Source: Dicyema japonicum
Taxonomy: Eukaryota; Animalia; Dicyemida
DNA: 64,000 bases
NCBI GenBank assembly: GCA_011109175.1
Contig: RDEW01000032.1
Location: forward strand, 306,230 to 370,229
Direction of reading: 5' to 3'
The first letter of the stretch is position 1; the number at the start of each line of letters is the position of its first letter. Of this stretch, positions 15,040 to 26,770 are shown piece by piece. The notes under the pieces are model-generated. The model did not search any database, was not told the origin of the DNA, and worked only from the letters and a program-made list of their open reading frames with translations. Both the position numbers and the translations under genes were made by a program.

Positions 15040-15300
15040 TAAGACCAGGGACCACGGTTGAACAAATTAACTAATCACGTGATCCCAGCACGCACTAGCA
15101 GGAACCTCATCTTTACCCGATGCCCTCCCTAGACCCCACACAAGCACGTATCGGTGGGTGACTAGATCTTCGCAATCACGACGGTGCGTTCTTGCATCAC
15201 TCGTATCAAGGCTTCAAGAGCATTGGTGCTGGAACTCTCCAGAAATTCAGCGTTCAGGGATTTTGGAGGCTCTTTTTCGGCTAGCTTCGATCTTCAAGGC
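15040..15300 (-). mobile_element. Retroelement-like 3-prime end family G (also 33965-34020 -, 41100-41362 +, 41365-41470 -)
   Basis: Shared gaaaaagagcc..gcgaagat.tagtcac..gatcacgtgat..ccgtggtc block ending in an A/T-rich tail. Confidence 0.65.
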
Positions 15301-15604
15301 ATTTGTCCAAGAGATGAGAGGGTCCCATATACCACATGTGTAAGAGATGCGTGGTTTAATGTATTGTTAGGAAAATTAGTTAAAATTCTTCTGGTAGTGT
15401 GAGTATAATGGTTATCTTTTCTCAAAATCATATCCTTCCTTCTCCTAAATATCCAATCCTCTTCGAATATCCAATTGCTCTTTCTGAATGTCCAATCACC
15501 CAGCTCCAATACTATCAAAAATATTTATTATTGGATTAGACGACACAAGCAGAACACTGTGTATTCATATGCTTATGGGTAACGCGGCTGTGAATTTAAG
15601 AAAT

Positions 15605-15760
15605 TAAAAAAATTCCAAAGACCAAGGGTAACGAAACTAACCAACTCCTTGATCCTGAGTCGTTCCAGAACTTGTCTCCAGGTAACGACATTGTCCCCCG
15701 GGAAGAATATTTGGATCCTCTTGATGCCGACCAAACATTGGACGTCTCTTCAATAAAATG
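15605..15760 (-). mobile_element. Retroelement-like 3-prime end family A (also about 21355-21490, 22262-22405, 35400-35580, all +)
   Basis: Shared ggatccaa..gttacc.g..gttc.ggaa..gtcaggatca..ggtctttggaat block followed by short aatt/attt tails. Confidence 0.7.
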
Positions 15761-16588
15761 GATCCAATGACGCCATCTGATAGAAGGAAAATAATTTTAC
15801 CAACTAGCCGCATAGCACAATATGGCGCAACGCGGCAAATGATTATTATTATTAACAGCCTTTTCACGAGAGCCATAATATTTATAGCTCCGAATAGGCA
15901 GGACACACTTTATTCCACACACGTGGGTTAGGTAGACAAGTCAATAGACGTACAGCCAAAAAGGGCAATATTTTTTATATTTCTAGTATACGTTGACCTG
16001 TAAAAGTTTACAAGACATGTTTGAGTGTGTTGGACATGATCTTCTGTCCACTTAAACCAGTGGTTCGTAACGGGGACGCTGGAATGTCAGAAATTAAAAA
16101 AAATATAAAATTAATTAAAAATAAACTAATTAACTTAATTAAATAAACTCAAATTATAAAAATTATTTTATGATCCGACTAACATTAATTTAACAGCCTA
16201 TTTTTAGATCAGCAGCACTATTTACATTAATCGTTAGAATCTTTGACGACCTGGACATACTGAGAGATCGGGATAAACACAGAAAAGCCTGGAGCAAGCT
16301 TACTCTTTCTATTATATTTTTCGATGCACGTGCGGGAAAATATATTATGGCTCTGATGAAAGTGCTAATAATAATAACCTGTCTCTACCAAAATAGGCAT
16401 AATTGTGTTCATCCAATATTTAGATCAGCAACACTAGTTTGTCGAGCTTTGGAACATAGTTATTAGGAGAGGATCCCGGCGGTGGAATGTAAATGTTGAT
16501 TAGAATAAGATGTTCTGACCCATTAATGAGATCAATAGAAATTTGTTCCGCGGTCTTGTCGTGTAGCGCCTTAAATCATCAATTTGCG

Positions 16589-16740
16589 AGCTCACATCGT
16601 GGAAGGATAAACCGTTTTTAATAATGGTGAGTAAGCCACCACCACGTCCAATGCGGTCTTTTCTGATAGAGAAGTATCCAGCAAAAAGTTGGGTTGTACT
16701 CTTTGTAGAAAGTTTTGACTCCTGGATAAGGCAGATTCAA
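16589..16740 (-). mobile_element. APE endonuclease remnant of a non-LTR retrotransposon
   Basis: Minus frame CLIQESKLSTKSTTQLFAGYFSIRKDRIGRGGGLLTIIKNGLSF contains the L.E and GGG motifs of LINE APE domains. Confidence 0.8.
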
Positions 16741-16999
16741 TTTACTGACGGGAATTAGACTTTCCATCTGACTGTATAGAGGACATATGATTAAAGAGAA
16801 TAGAGGACATATTAAAACACTGATCTTGTTGAAATACGGGAACGGGCAAAGAGGAAAGTTTGATGGATAGCACAGAATACGCCACGAGGGATGTTCTAAG
16901 GTTCAAGAACGATATTAACATGACTTATGACTCAGGAAAAATTGATTAGAATTTAGTCGACAAAATAACCAGTAAACCGACATTTCTGATGCACTGTCT

Positions 17000-18500
17000 G
17001 TCTACTAATCTTATTTTTCTTGATTATGAACTAGTCGTAGACTTAAGAGACAAAAATCAATGTTGTTGTTATATATTGCTATTACCTGGTCGATAAGCTA
17101 TCAGAAACGTGCATTTAAAAACATTTTGAATTCTAATTAAAAAACCCATATACACTTGTAAGAGATCCGAGTATTTTTCGACGAGTCGTTAGGAAAATAA
17201 GCAACTCATCCAGTTGACAACTTCCCGCTGACTGCTTAGATTGCTGCAGGAGATAGAGTTGTGAGATTCCATAAGGGTACATTTCAGTTTTCACAGGTTT
17301 GTGATTTATATCGTAGCTCAAGCATTCAATGTAGTATCAATTTTCCTAAGTCTCTCTCAGTGAAAAATCTTTGGTATTACGAACAGTGTTACCCAAGTAT
17401 TAGGCAACATATTAGGCAAACAATTATAGCGCTTATATAAAGGTGTCTTCACGATGAGACTTTCAAGATAAAAATATAATTCTTTCATACGACATAAATA
17501 CATTTTATTCAAATATATATACAGTAATGGTACAGTCATGAACAGAAGAGCTCGAGATCGGGATGGTGCATTGTCATAGGTGAACTGAGTTCTAATGAGA
17601 TACAAATACATTATTAGCATAGAAAAAGCTAATTGAAACGTTAACATAGGACATTTCTGAAAAATCAAATATTAAAACAATAATTGCTATTTATGTCCAA
17701 ACTATTAACTTAAATCAATTTTCTCTTGCAATAAGGAAAATCTTATGGATGATTCATGTTTATCTTCATACTCGTTTTTTACTTCATTTTACCCCGAAAC
17801 CTAATCTGAACCATTAATTGCAATTTTTTCTCAAGTAATTCACTTGAATCAATATTCTTATGTAATAAACGAAAGTCTTATGTCTGATTCATGTTTAACT
17901 GCACATTCTTATTTTACTTCATTATTATATTTTATTCAAAAAAATAATATCCTTTTTGTAATGAATACATGTGCATAATTATCGCTACTTTAACATGCAT
18001 TGAAACTTCATTTTTATCACGAATTGTTGGTTGATTTTTCTACTTTGTTCTGACATCAAAGTTTAAAATGACTCTACCAAGATACCATAGCATCTGGTTT
18101 ACTGCATACTCAATACTTGAGAACCCTGTAATATTTATCTGTGTAAAATATTGGAGTGATCCTCTATATAGAAAAGATAATATATTTCACGGATAGAGAA
18201 ATCTTAAACAGTCCTCGATTGTTAATGTGTTTATAAATTTTATTCAGATTGAAAAAAATTCTAAAAAATTATTATTTTTTTCGTGATTTTTTTACTTTCT
18301 GTCGATATTTTACTTTAAAATAAAAACAATTAACTCAATTTCACGTATTTCACAAACTGAACGAGAATCAGTCGTCATGATATGGAGTACAATATTTTAG
18401 AACGGTCATTCCACTATTCTGGTTTTACTCTACCACACACCTGATAGACCACAGATACTCTTAATTCAATGAAATACATAATTTTTGAGCGAAGCACTAC
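17000..18500 (+). pseudogene. Family B copy 3
   Basis: 20-nt intron gtacatttcagttttcacag near 17277. Aligns with copies 1, 2 and the reverse complement of 30900-32300. Confidence 0.75.
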
Positions 18501-18779
18501 AGAAACGTCTAGATACATTGTTCTCTGATGCATTTTGAAACCCATTCGTGGATCGTTTCAGAGGTGACTGAGAGGGATCACTAATTAAATCGCTTTACCT
18601 TCAAAAATCGTATTCACATTGTATTATTCTTAACCCCAGGCGTACAATCTTTAGAAAGGCCATCAAAAACAGTCATAACTGATTAATCTAAGAAAGGAAT
18701 CCAAAGGAGAACATCTACTTGTGCCGACCAAATCCATCTTCCAATTGTACGTTGCAAGATTCCGTTTCCGAAGAGAGGT

Positions 18780-19025
18780 GAAGAAGTATGTCCGCCCTTT
18801 TCCATTTTCGTCGCACGTCCTACCGTAAAGGGCATCATTCATTCTTTGGCGGAATAGTTTTCATAATGTATTTTCCAGAGGATTTGGTCAGGTAGATGGT
18901 AGGAAGATCTCTTTCAACTACTTTTCATGTCAGTAGGACTCGTCGCCTAACGGGTGGGATCTGCTTGAGAAGAATTGACTTACGCTTAAAATTCCAACTT
19001 CAGATCCGATGTCAGCCAGAAGTCC
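18780..19025 (-). mobile_element. SINE-like family E (also 36640-36820 +, 54385-54560 -)
   Basis: Shared gacatcggatctgaag and cacc..tgaggcgacgagtc..ctg.cac.a blocks. The 54.5 kb copy has a B-box (ggttcaaatcc) and a (taa)n tail. Confidence 0.7.
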
Positions 19026-19701
19026 AATCGAACTACTTTCCATTAACCTGAAACAATTTTAAATAATTAATTTAAAAAATACATTTTTTAAATTTAAATT
19101 GTTCAATTTTTTGATCAGGTGTTATAAGCATTGTGGGAGTTGAATTGACTACATGGAATGTGCATGCAGATTTGCAGCCAAGGCATATATTGCTTGAGAA
19201 TTGCCAGGAATTTCCTTATACAGTAAAATTGGTGGATTTCCGCTCAGCTATTTACAGGGATTCAATGGACGAATATAAACACTTCCAAAATATTAATTAA
19301 GGTCACATGGATTTCATATTTTAGAGCTCCAGATGTAACCAAACTATAAACTAAGCTCAAAGATTGGCATGTTGTCTTTTGGATGAACTATAAGCGGATT
19401 CTTATTGATGAAAACCTCTTCCCAGGAAATATCCAGTAAACAGGTTCTCAGCTCTCACACATAAATAAAATTTTCATGGGCAGGCCCTTGACCACATGCT
19501 TGTTTTTGATGTCGAGTCACGGAAGTTTTTTTTACGTGCGAAACCAACGAGAATGACCAGAGCACATGCATTCTGAAGATAAACACGTGGTTTAATTTAT
19601 GTCCGGGATTGGTTATCTTTCTATGGCACATAAGAGAACGACTAAATATAAGATCATAAAACCAGTAAAAACGTGATCTCTTAGATAGTAATGGTCTATG
19701 G

Positions 19702-20795
19702 TAGGGGTTCCCAACGGGGGTGGAAGATTTATAAATTTATAATAATTTTTAAGAGGAAATTTTTTTTCAATCACAAATTATTATTGTTAAATTAATAACT
19801 TTATACCTAACTACTTTTTTTGATTGGAAATTAAATTTATATAACTTTATTTATTCGAAAAAATTATTATTTTTTTATGTTTTTATAAAAGCTATTTAAA
19901 CAATTTATTAAAAACAATTTATTTAAATTGTCACGCTTTTCATTGTTGTGATGAAAAAGAGAAATTGGAATGAAGATTATGTACGTTTGAATTTACTTAT
20001 ATGCGACAATAGATTATCTCCAAAGGCACAAATGTTTATTATATGAAGCTACATTCTCTAACGAGAATATGAAACCTTCCAAACTGGAGCTACTAAATAA
20101 ACATGGTGGATCTGATTATAGCCGCAATGATTTAGAATTTCTAACGATTAAGAGAGCTCGACATGACTCGCATTTAACTCTTCTAAACTTAGGGTTTAAA
20201 TAAATAAACCGATTTTGACGCCTCTTATAAAATGGCCTATAATTTTGCAAAGTCTAAAAATCACATAAAGTCGGAGATTTGATAAAACCACGTGCATTGG
20301 AAATGGTCAATAATACTCGGAACAGAGGCGAGACAAAAAATTGAAGCATGCCGCTATCCAACAATGTAATTCACAGTCGAATATGTGAGTTAAGTCATGA
20401 TATTTTGTTGCAAATTTTTACAGAGATCCGATCCACATATTCTCTTTATTTGGACGAATCAACTGATGTCTCTAATTATAGTCAACTTATTCTACTAGTA
20501 AGGTATTTCCATGAGGGTACTTTGTAAGAAGATTTTTCTGTGAAGACTTAAAAATGAACACGAAAAACAGATGTATTCAACATTGTTAAAGAGTTTTTTT
20601 TATGAAGCATGATATGGATGTCAAGACTATAGGCTCTGTTTGTACAGACGGTGCTCCAGCAATTCTGGAAATAACTCCTAGTTATTGAATAATGAAATCC
20701 CAAATGTACGGATTGCACACTGTTTTGTTCTTGGTGTGCGTGTGTTTATGAAATAAGATTTAGGGGTGCGAGCTCTGAAAAGGTTGGGAACCCTG
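19702..20795 (+). mobile_element. hAT (Buster/Charlie-type) DNA transposon, internally deleted
   Basis: TIRs taggggttcccaac (19702) and gttgggaaccctg (20783-20795); 8-bp TSD gtctatgg/gtctatga. Internal MPLSNNVIHSRI, LDESTDVSNYSQL, CTDGAPA and HCF motifs. Confidence 0.92.
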
Positions 20796-23399
20796 GTCTA
20801 TGATGTAGAATAAACTTCCCACTTGGGGTATTCATGAGTATTCCACATGGACTTTAATGAATTTTCTGATTTTCTCGGAAGTTCATCAAAATTGGAGCCA
20901 TTTGGATGGATTAATCCCCTTGAGGCTCTAAGACTTAATTTAATTAATTTACCGAGATTCGGATTTTTTAAAAAGTTATGTTTATTCATTATTTGTAGTT
21001 GGTGTAAGGCAAAGTTTGACATTCCAACGATCTATAGATTGCGCAGTCGAATAAAATGGCTATTTAATATCAAATACATAATAAAAGCTAAGAGATTTGG
21101 TCAACAGAAAATCCAGTTCAGTGGTCTTTAAACCTTCCATAGGAGATCAGAACACAATATAAATTATTTTTAAAGTTTTGAATTATGTTATTTTTATTGA
21201 TATTAAATAAAAAATAAATTAAGAAATTTAAATTAACTTAAAATTAAAAGTTAATAAAAACCGCGTGACACTACGTGGTGCTATGTGGTTATTGATTGGA
21301 AAATTTATCTTCCTCCATCTAACGGAGTATTTGATCCACCATACCGAGGAAACGCCAATGCCTGCCCGGTGATCAAAAGGATCCAATTATTATTTCCACA
21401 AGAAGACTATTTTGTTACTTGAGTCAGTTCTGGAATTAGTCAGGATCATAGAGTTAGTTTGGTTTTACTCATGGTCTTTGGAATAATTTAATTTATTTTA
21501 GTTGTTTCGAACAACCCATGCCAGGAATAATGAACATCGATTTAAAACAAATAAAGTGGTATTAGAATACGCAGATAATAAGCTTGCGAAAAGTGCAATC
21601 TGTATACCTTCCTAAGTTCAAATTGGGAATAAACAAAATCAAATTGGGAAAATGGAATTGAAAAAAAAACAAATTCAAAATGGGAATACACCATTGTATT
21701 CAAATATTGACGAAAATTTATTTAAATGTTTTGTAACAGGAAAAATTTTTTATTTGACCGTTAGAAATGAACACTGGTTAAAATTACATTACACGGGTAA
21801 AACCCCTTGTATCCCTGCTATCAACTTAATGCATTGTACCTCACTTATGTTTTTCATTGATTCTTCTATAATTTTTCCAGTTACACGCAAACAATTACTC
21901 AGTTTTTGTGAGCGTAGAGCCGTTGTCTCATGAGATTAAAATTTGTAGATAATTCTCGCGTTTAACTTCGGATTTTAAAATTTCCCATACACCTTTTATC
22001 GCGATTTAACACTGGACTATATGGCTGCTAGTCGCAAAATTAGATTTTTTGTTTATTTCTGGATCTTGTAAAATATAATTTTCTAGGCCATTGTGGCAGG
22101 GAGCATTGTCAATTATGAAAACTGCTTTATGAATACATTTTTTGACCCATTCGCATGCCGTATTCATTCTGGAATGATTCCACGGTTTTATCTTATAAAA
22201 TTACCACGCCATTTATTCCAATGCATCCAATCAAAATGTATGTTAGTCCCTTTTGAACAATTGCAATGCCTGGCCGGCGGTATTCAAAAGGATCCAATTT
22301 ATTATTTCCACATGGAGACTATTCTGTTACCTGAGCTGAGTTCCGGAATTAGTCAGGATCATAGTGTTAGCTAGTTTTGTTTTACCCTTGGTCTTTGGAA
22401 TAATTTAATTTATTTGTTTCGAACAACTATGCCATAATAATGAACATCCATCTAAAACAAAGTGGTATTAGAATACGCAGATAATCTAGACAGCTTCCGA
22501 AAATTGCAATCTCGAAAAGAGTGTGGAGAAGTCTAACAGAACGGATCATCCGGGGGTGGAACAAACAACGGGAAGATATAACGTTTTTTATTGATAATGT
22601 GTATAATTATTTGTTTTGGTAATTGCAGAATGAAAATACTAAATACACGTAATTCTGAAAACATAGCTTCCGTTCACCAAATCCTACAAGAGTCCCGAAT
22701 TCTCAACTTTAATAAAAATTACTTACGAGACATTAACTTAGTTATCATGGATGAAAAATATTTTCACAATCAAAGTCCTCTCGTCGTAAAATTCAGACGT
22801 CGTGCTATTTTAGTACCAGTAAACGTCCCTACATAATCTTTCGTCCCTCATTATATCGTTTACAATGAAGGATTCAGTTTACCAGCTAAAGATTCCTCAA
22901 TTACTTGATTTAAAAATTGTAGAACTTGAATAACCAATTATGATGGTTCGCATACGATTGTTCTATAACAACAGTCCATATACTTTTTTAAGACTAAAAA
23001 ATCCCTTATTTATTGCCCTTGGATCATTGATTAAAGAAAAAGAGTCCTAACAAGTGATTCAAGTTTCCAAGGTAGGATTAAATAGCATCTTTTCCAAACG
23101 CTCGTTCATTTATGAAATTCTTCATGTTTAATAGAATAAAGATAGATCCTTTTCATATGCCGACCGATGACTGGGGTCTCCTTGGATTGGTGGATCTTAT
23201 GAAAAATCTCTCATCGAACTGTTATCGTAACTTTATCTGTAACAAATCATATTTACAATTTTTAAGTAAATTTTTTTTAAAATTAAATTGAAAGACTTTT
23301 TTAATATATTTGTTTAAATTGCAATATTTTCATACAAATATGCTTTTTTAGAATAAATTTCATTTTTTAGTTTCACTAATTACTCAAACAACACAGATT

Positions 23400-23640
23400 T
23401 GGAATAAAGTGACTTTGGCGAAGTGGCAGCTCTTTGGACATATCCTATGACTTACGGAAATGGCACCGGCCAATCAGGCCGTGGAATCATACTTTTTTGT
23501 ATTAAACAAAACAACGTATCGAGGTCGACAAAGAACTCTCTTGCATAGGAAAAACTGAAAACATTAGAGGATCTGGATGAGCGGTTGCTAGAAAGAGGAT
23601 GGAAGCGACTTACAGCGCGTATCCAGACTCCATGGCAAAA
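23400..23640 (+). mobile_element. RTE-clade LINE ORF C-terminus remnant
   Basis: KWQLFGHIL..APANQAVESYF..YRGRQRTLL..LEDLDE..GWKRLT matches the RTE C-terminal pattern. Confidence 0.7.
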
Positions 23641-24029
23641 GTGGAATCTCAATTAATAGTCTCGGACAAAATCCTAGTGGTTCCTGGTTCGAATCTCGCT
23701 GCTGTAAATTCCAGGTGACGAGTAGTTCCCTTCAGAACCGAATCGTCTACAAGGACTCACTGGAAGAAACTATAAGTATTATGGCTTTCGCGAAAGATGA
23801 GCGAGCAGTGTATCGTAGATCGGTCCTAAAGAAGAATACCCCGATAAATTTCTTTTGTTGCATTCGTGGATGAACTAGCGTTTCATGGTTGGTACAATGA
23901 AGATCAAGCAGCAGGGTCCGGGAATTAATTAAAGCTGGGATCACTTAATTAGTGTTTTAACATCTTTATTGGTGATCTTGGTGTTCTCAAATAAATAAAT
24001 AGTTTCGGGTTTTCAATTATAATTCTCAG

Positions 24030-24098
24030 GCTGGTGATTCAGTGGCTTGGATGTCATTTCACTACTAATACTGCGTTGGTTCGATATCCAACACTAGC
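24030..24098 (+). pseudogene. tRNA-derived sequence (tRNA pseudogene or SINE head)
   Basis: 7-bp acceptor stem gctggtg/cactagc, A-box-like tcagtgg, T-arm ttgg-ttcgatat-ccaa. Anticodon arm does not pair. Confidence 0.6.
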
Positions 24099-26399
24099 GA
24101 CATGGTTTTAGATTTCTCTTCATTTCCTGTTCTTTATCTCACCGTGTTCTAGTAGAGTGGTATAAAGCGATCCATAATTCTCATGTGACGCCCAGTCGTT
24201 ATGTAGCAAATTTGCTTTCACTTACCCCACTGAATAGATTCTAACAACATAAAGGACCAGGTATTCTTCCTTTTCCGCTGGTTTCGGATGAACTTGTGTG
24301 ATATTAACAAGTCTTTGTTTCTTTGATCGTGGAAATCAGAAATATTTAATTTGTTGACTATTAACTTCTTTCTTGATGCACTATGAGTTAATTATTAAAT
24401 TATAACCACTAATAATTTTTTAATTCGATTTAAAAAATCAAATATTTATTTAATTCTATTTAATTAAAATTTATTTATTGTACAACTTGACTGGAGAGTT
24501 CCCACATCTGCAAGGAATTTACGTCTTCTACATTTATGCTGGTTTTGGACAGGCTTGTGTGACGTGGAGGGACTCTGTTTATGTGAGAGTGGGAACTGAT
24601 TTACTCATTTAGTTGTTAACTGTTAACTTCTTCCTCGGTGTATCCAGGAATTAATAAAAAACCTTCCAGCCACAAGTTCACTTACAATCACCACCTAAAA
24701 TCTCAGGAAATATAATATAGGGAGATCAATCAGAAAAATATATCTCAAGAATTAAAGCATTGTGACCAGTTGAGGTTATTGATTGGAAGGTCGAGGTGAT
24801 GACGTACCTATTGTACGAAATGTCTAATTTGTTTAGTGATGTGTAATCTTTTGATTTCCTTATTGCTAGCATGGACGAGGTGACTGGTGCAGTAGACAAC
24901 CTATCTCTGAACAAACGAAAGACATGTCGAGTTCAAAAAGTGATTTAAATCCATATTGCTAAATTTCTTAACATTTTCTTTATCTTAGATTAGTGACCTC
25001 ACGTTTTTTTGAACATGTCAATACTGGGAACTAACATGAGACTTACATTATGCCAAGATCATGGCACAACACATCCACAATAAACACAATGGGTTAGCTT
25101 TAGTTAAAGCAGGAAGAACCTGTGTAGAGTTTGCTGATACATCATCAACAATACGGTCTTGAGTCTCCTGCACTCACTAAAGGAATGCCGATCATCTTCA
25201 GGACAAGAAGAACGAAAACCTTAGAGTCGGTGTTTTTTGCAGACCAATCCAGTAATCTGACAATTATAGCGGAAATTAAGACATATCTTCCATCTTCCTG
25301 ATTCTTCGGCATGTTGTCAAAGTATCAGAAGTTCCCAGATAAAGTAGGAAATGTATTCCAAAAGACTTTTCAAAAAATAGAGAAAATACGGAATAAAAAA
25401 GTAGCTCACAAACGCTACTGAATTATCGGTTGTTTATTGAGAACAGCTTATTGAGGGAATTTCCTTACGAAAAGTTTGTTTACAATTTCGCGAGCAGCTA
25501 CCCTAACTTTAATATTTTTGGAAAGTTGTTTTATCTTTTCTCTTTAATCATTGTTTTTATAATCCTATTTCATTTTTGTTGCATAACGACAGAGTGAGAA
25601 TTTTACTTTCTTTTTTAACAAGCATTATTATTATTTCAAACTAAAATATCTTATAAGTGCTTAATTGAGAACGAATGCTACATCCATCTTAAAAGATTAG
25701 GATATATCCTGAAATTCAGTTAGCATCACCACCTTAACCTTCCGAGCAATTACCCACTAACTTGATACTATCAGTAGAAATGCTTGCTATTGTTACTTTG
25801 TGGTAGATAACATCGATTTAATTAGTAAAGGGTGATTTATTTGAAAATAATGATAAAATAGTTTTTTAAAACTTCCTCTTCAACAGAAATCAAAGAATTA
25901 CATAAAATTATAATCTAACATCAAGGAAGGTCATATGAGTCACTATTAGTAAGATACATATAATATTAACTATCATCATATATGTGCAGATTTAAAAAAA
26001 GATCCCCCAACTTGATTCAATTTTACTGACGAGATTGTAGTCGGATCCTGTGTACATCAGGCACTTCCTTCGGCCAAACTATAATGTTTCTGATATCTCC
26101 TGAACCCATCAACTTGTTATTCTTGCTAGAACAAAGAAGACAAGGGCTTTCATCCGTAATGAAGCTAAATAGACATCTCAGAGAACAAAATCAATTTTAA
26201 TCCTCCAACCAATTACTTATGCTAACTAGTACTCTATTCTTTGTTCTTCCAATAAATTTAGGATTGAACTCATTATGCGAATTTAGACCACAAAAATCCT
26301 TTATTATTAAAAAAACAATAAGAGGATATGAGTTAATTACCCCCAACCAATTTAAATCTTCGACCAAGGTGAGTCAATTTAAAAATTACTGAGAGTCTT

Positions 26400-26660
26400 T
26401 GATGGTTCATCTTAGGTAATATTTGAACGATTCCATTCTCCCCTGTGTTTTTTCAATTCCTAAGAAAATTCATGGAATCCACCTGAGTCGAAAGAAGCCC
26501 ATACTTTACAAGCATCCAAAAAATCCCTAGTGTAGGGGCTTCCACAATGGTGGAAATGGACAGATTTGAATCCCGATAAAGACAGGTCTTATTCAAAAAG
26601 TGAATAATACCTTCTTCAGTTAAATCTGTGGTAATATTTGATGCCAATTTGCCTGCCACT
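26400..26660 (-). mobile_element. Penelope-like RT remnant
   Basis: TEEGIIHFLNKTCLYRDSNLSISTIVEAPT resembles the PLE RT pattern EE...LPFLDV.I.R...T.VYRKPT. Confidence 0.5.
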
Positions 26661-26770
26661 CAATAAATTCCACGCATAATTAGCTAATATGAAAAGCGAT
26701 CATTGTTTAATTGTGTGTGATCAACCGCATATTAATAGGGAATACCACTCGTGATAGAAACGGTCGAGAA

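Noticed and set aside
23157-23204. CNOT2-like peptide MPTDDWGLLGLVDLMK
   Set aside because: Only 16 residues of resemblance and no downstream NOT-box exons found.
24030-24098. Functional tRNA gene
   Set aside because: The anticodon stem does not pair and the T-loop is one base too long; treated as tRNA-derived.
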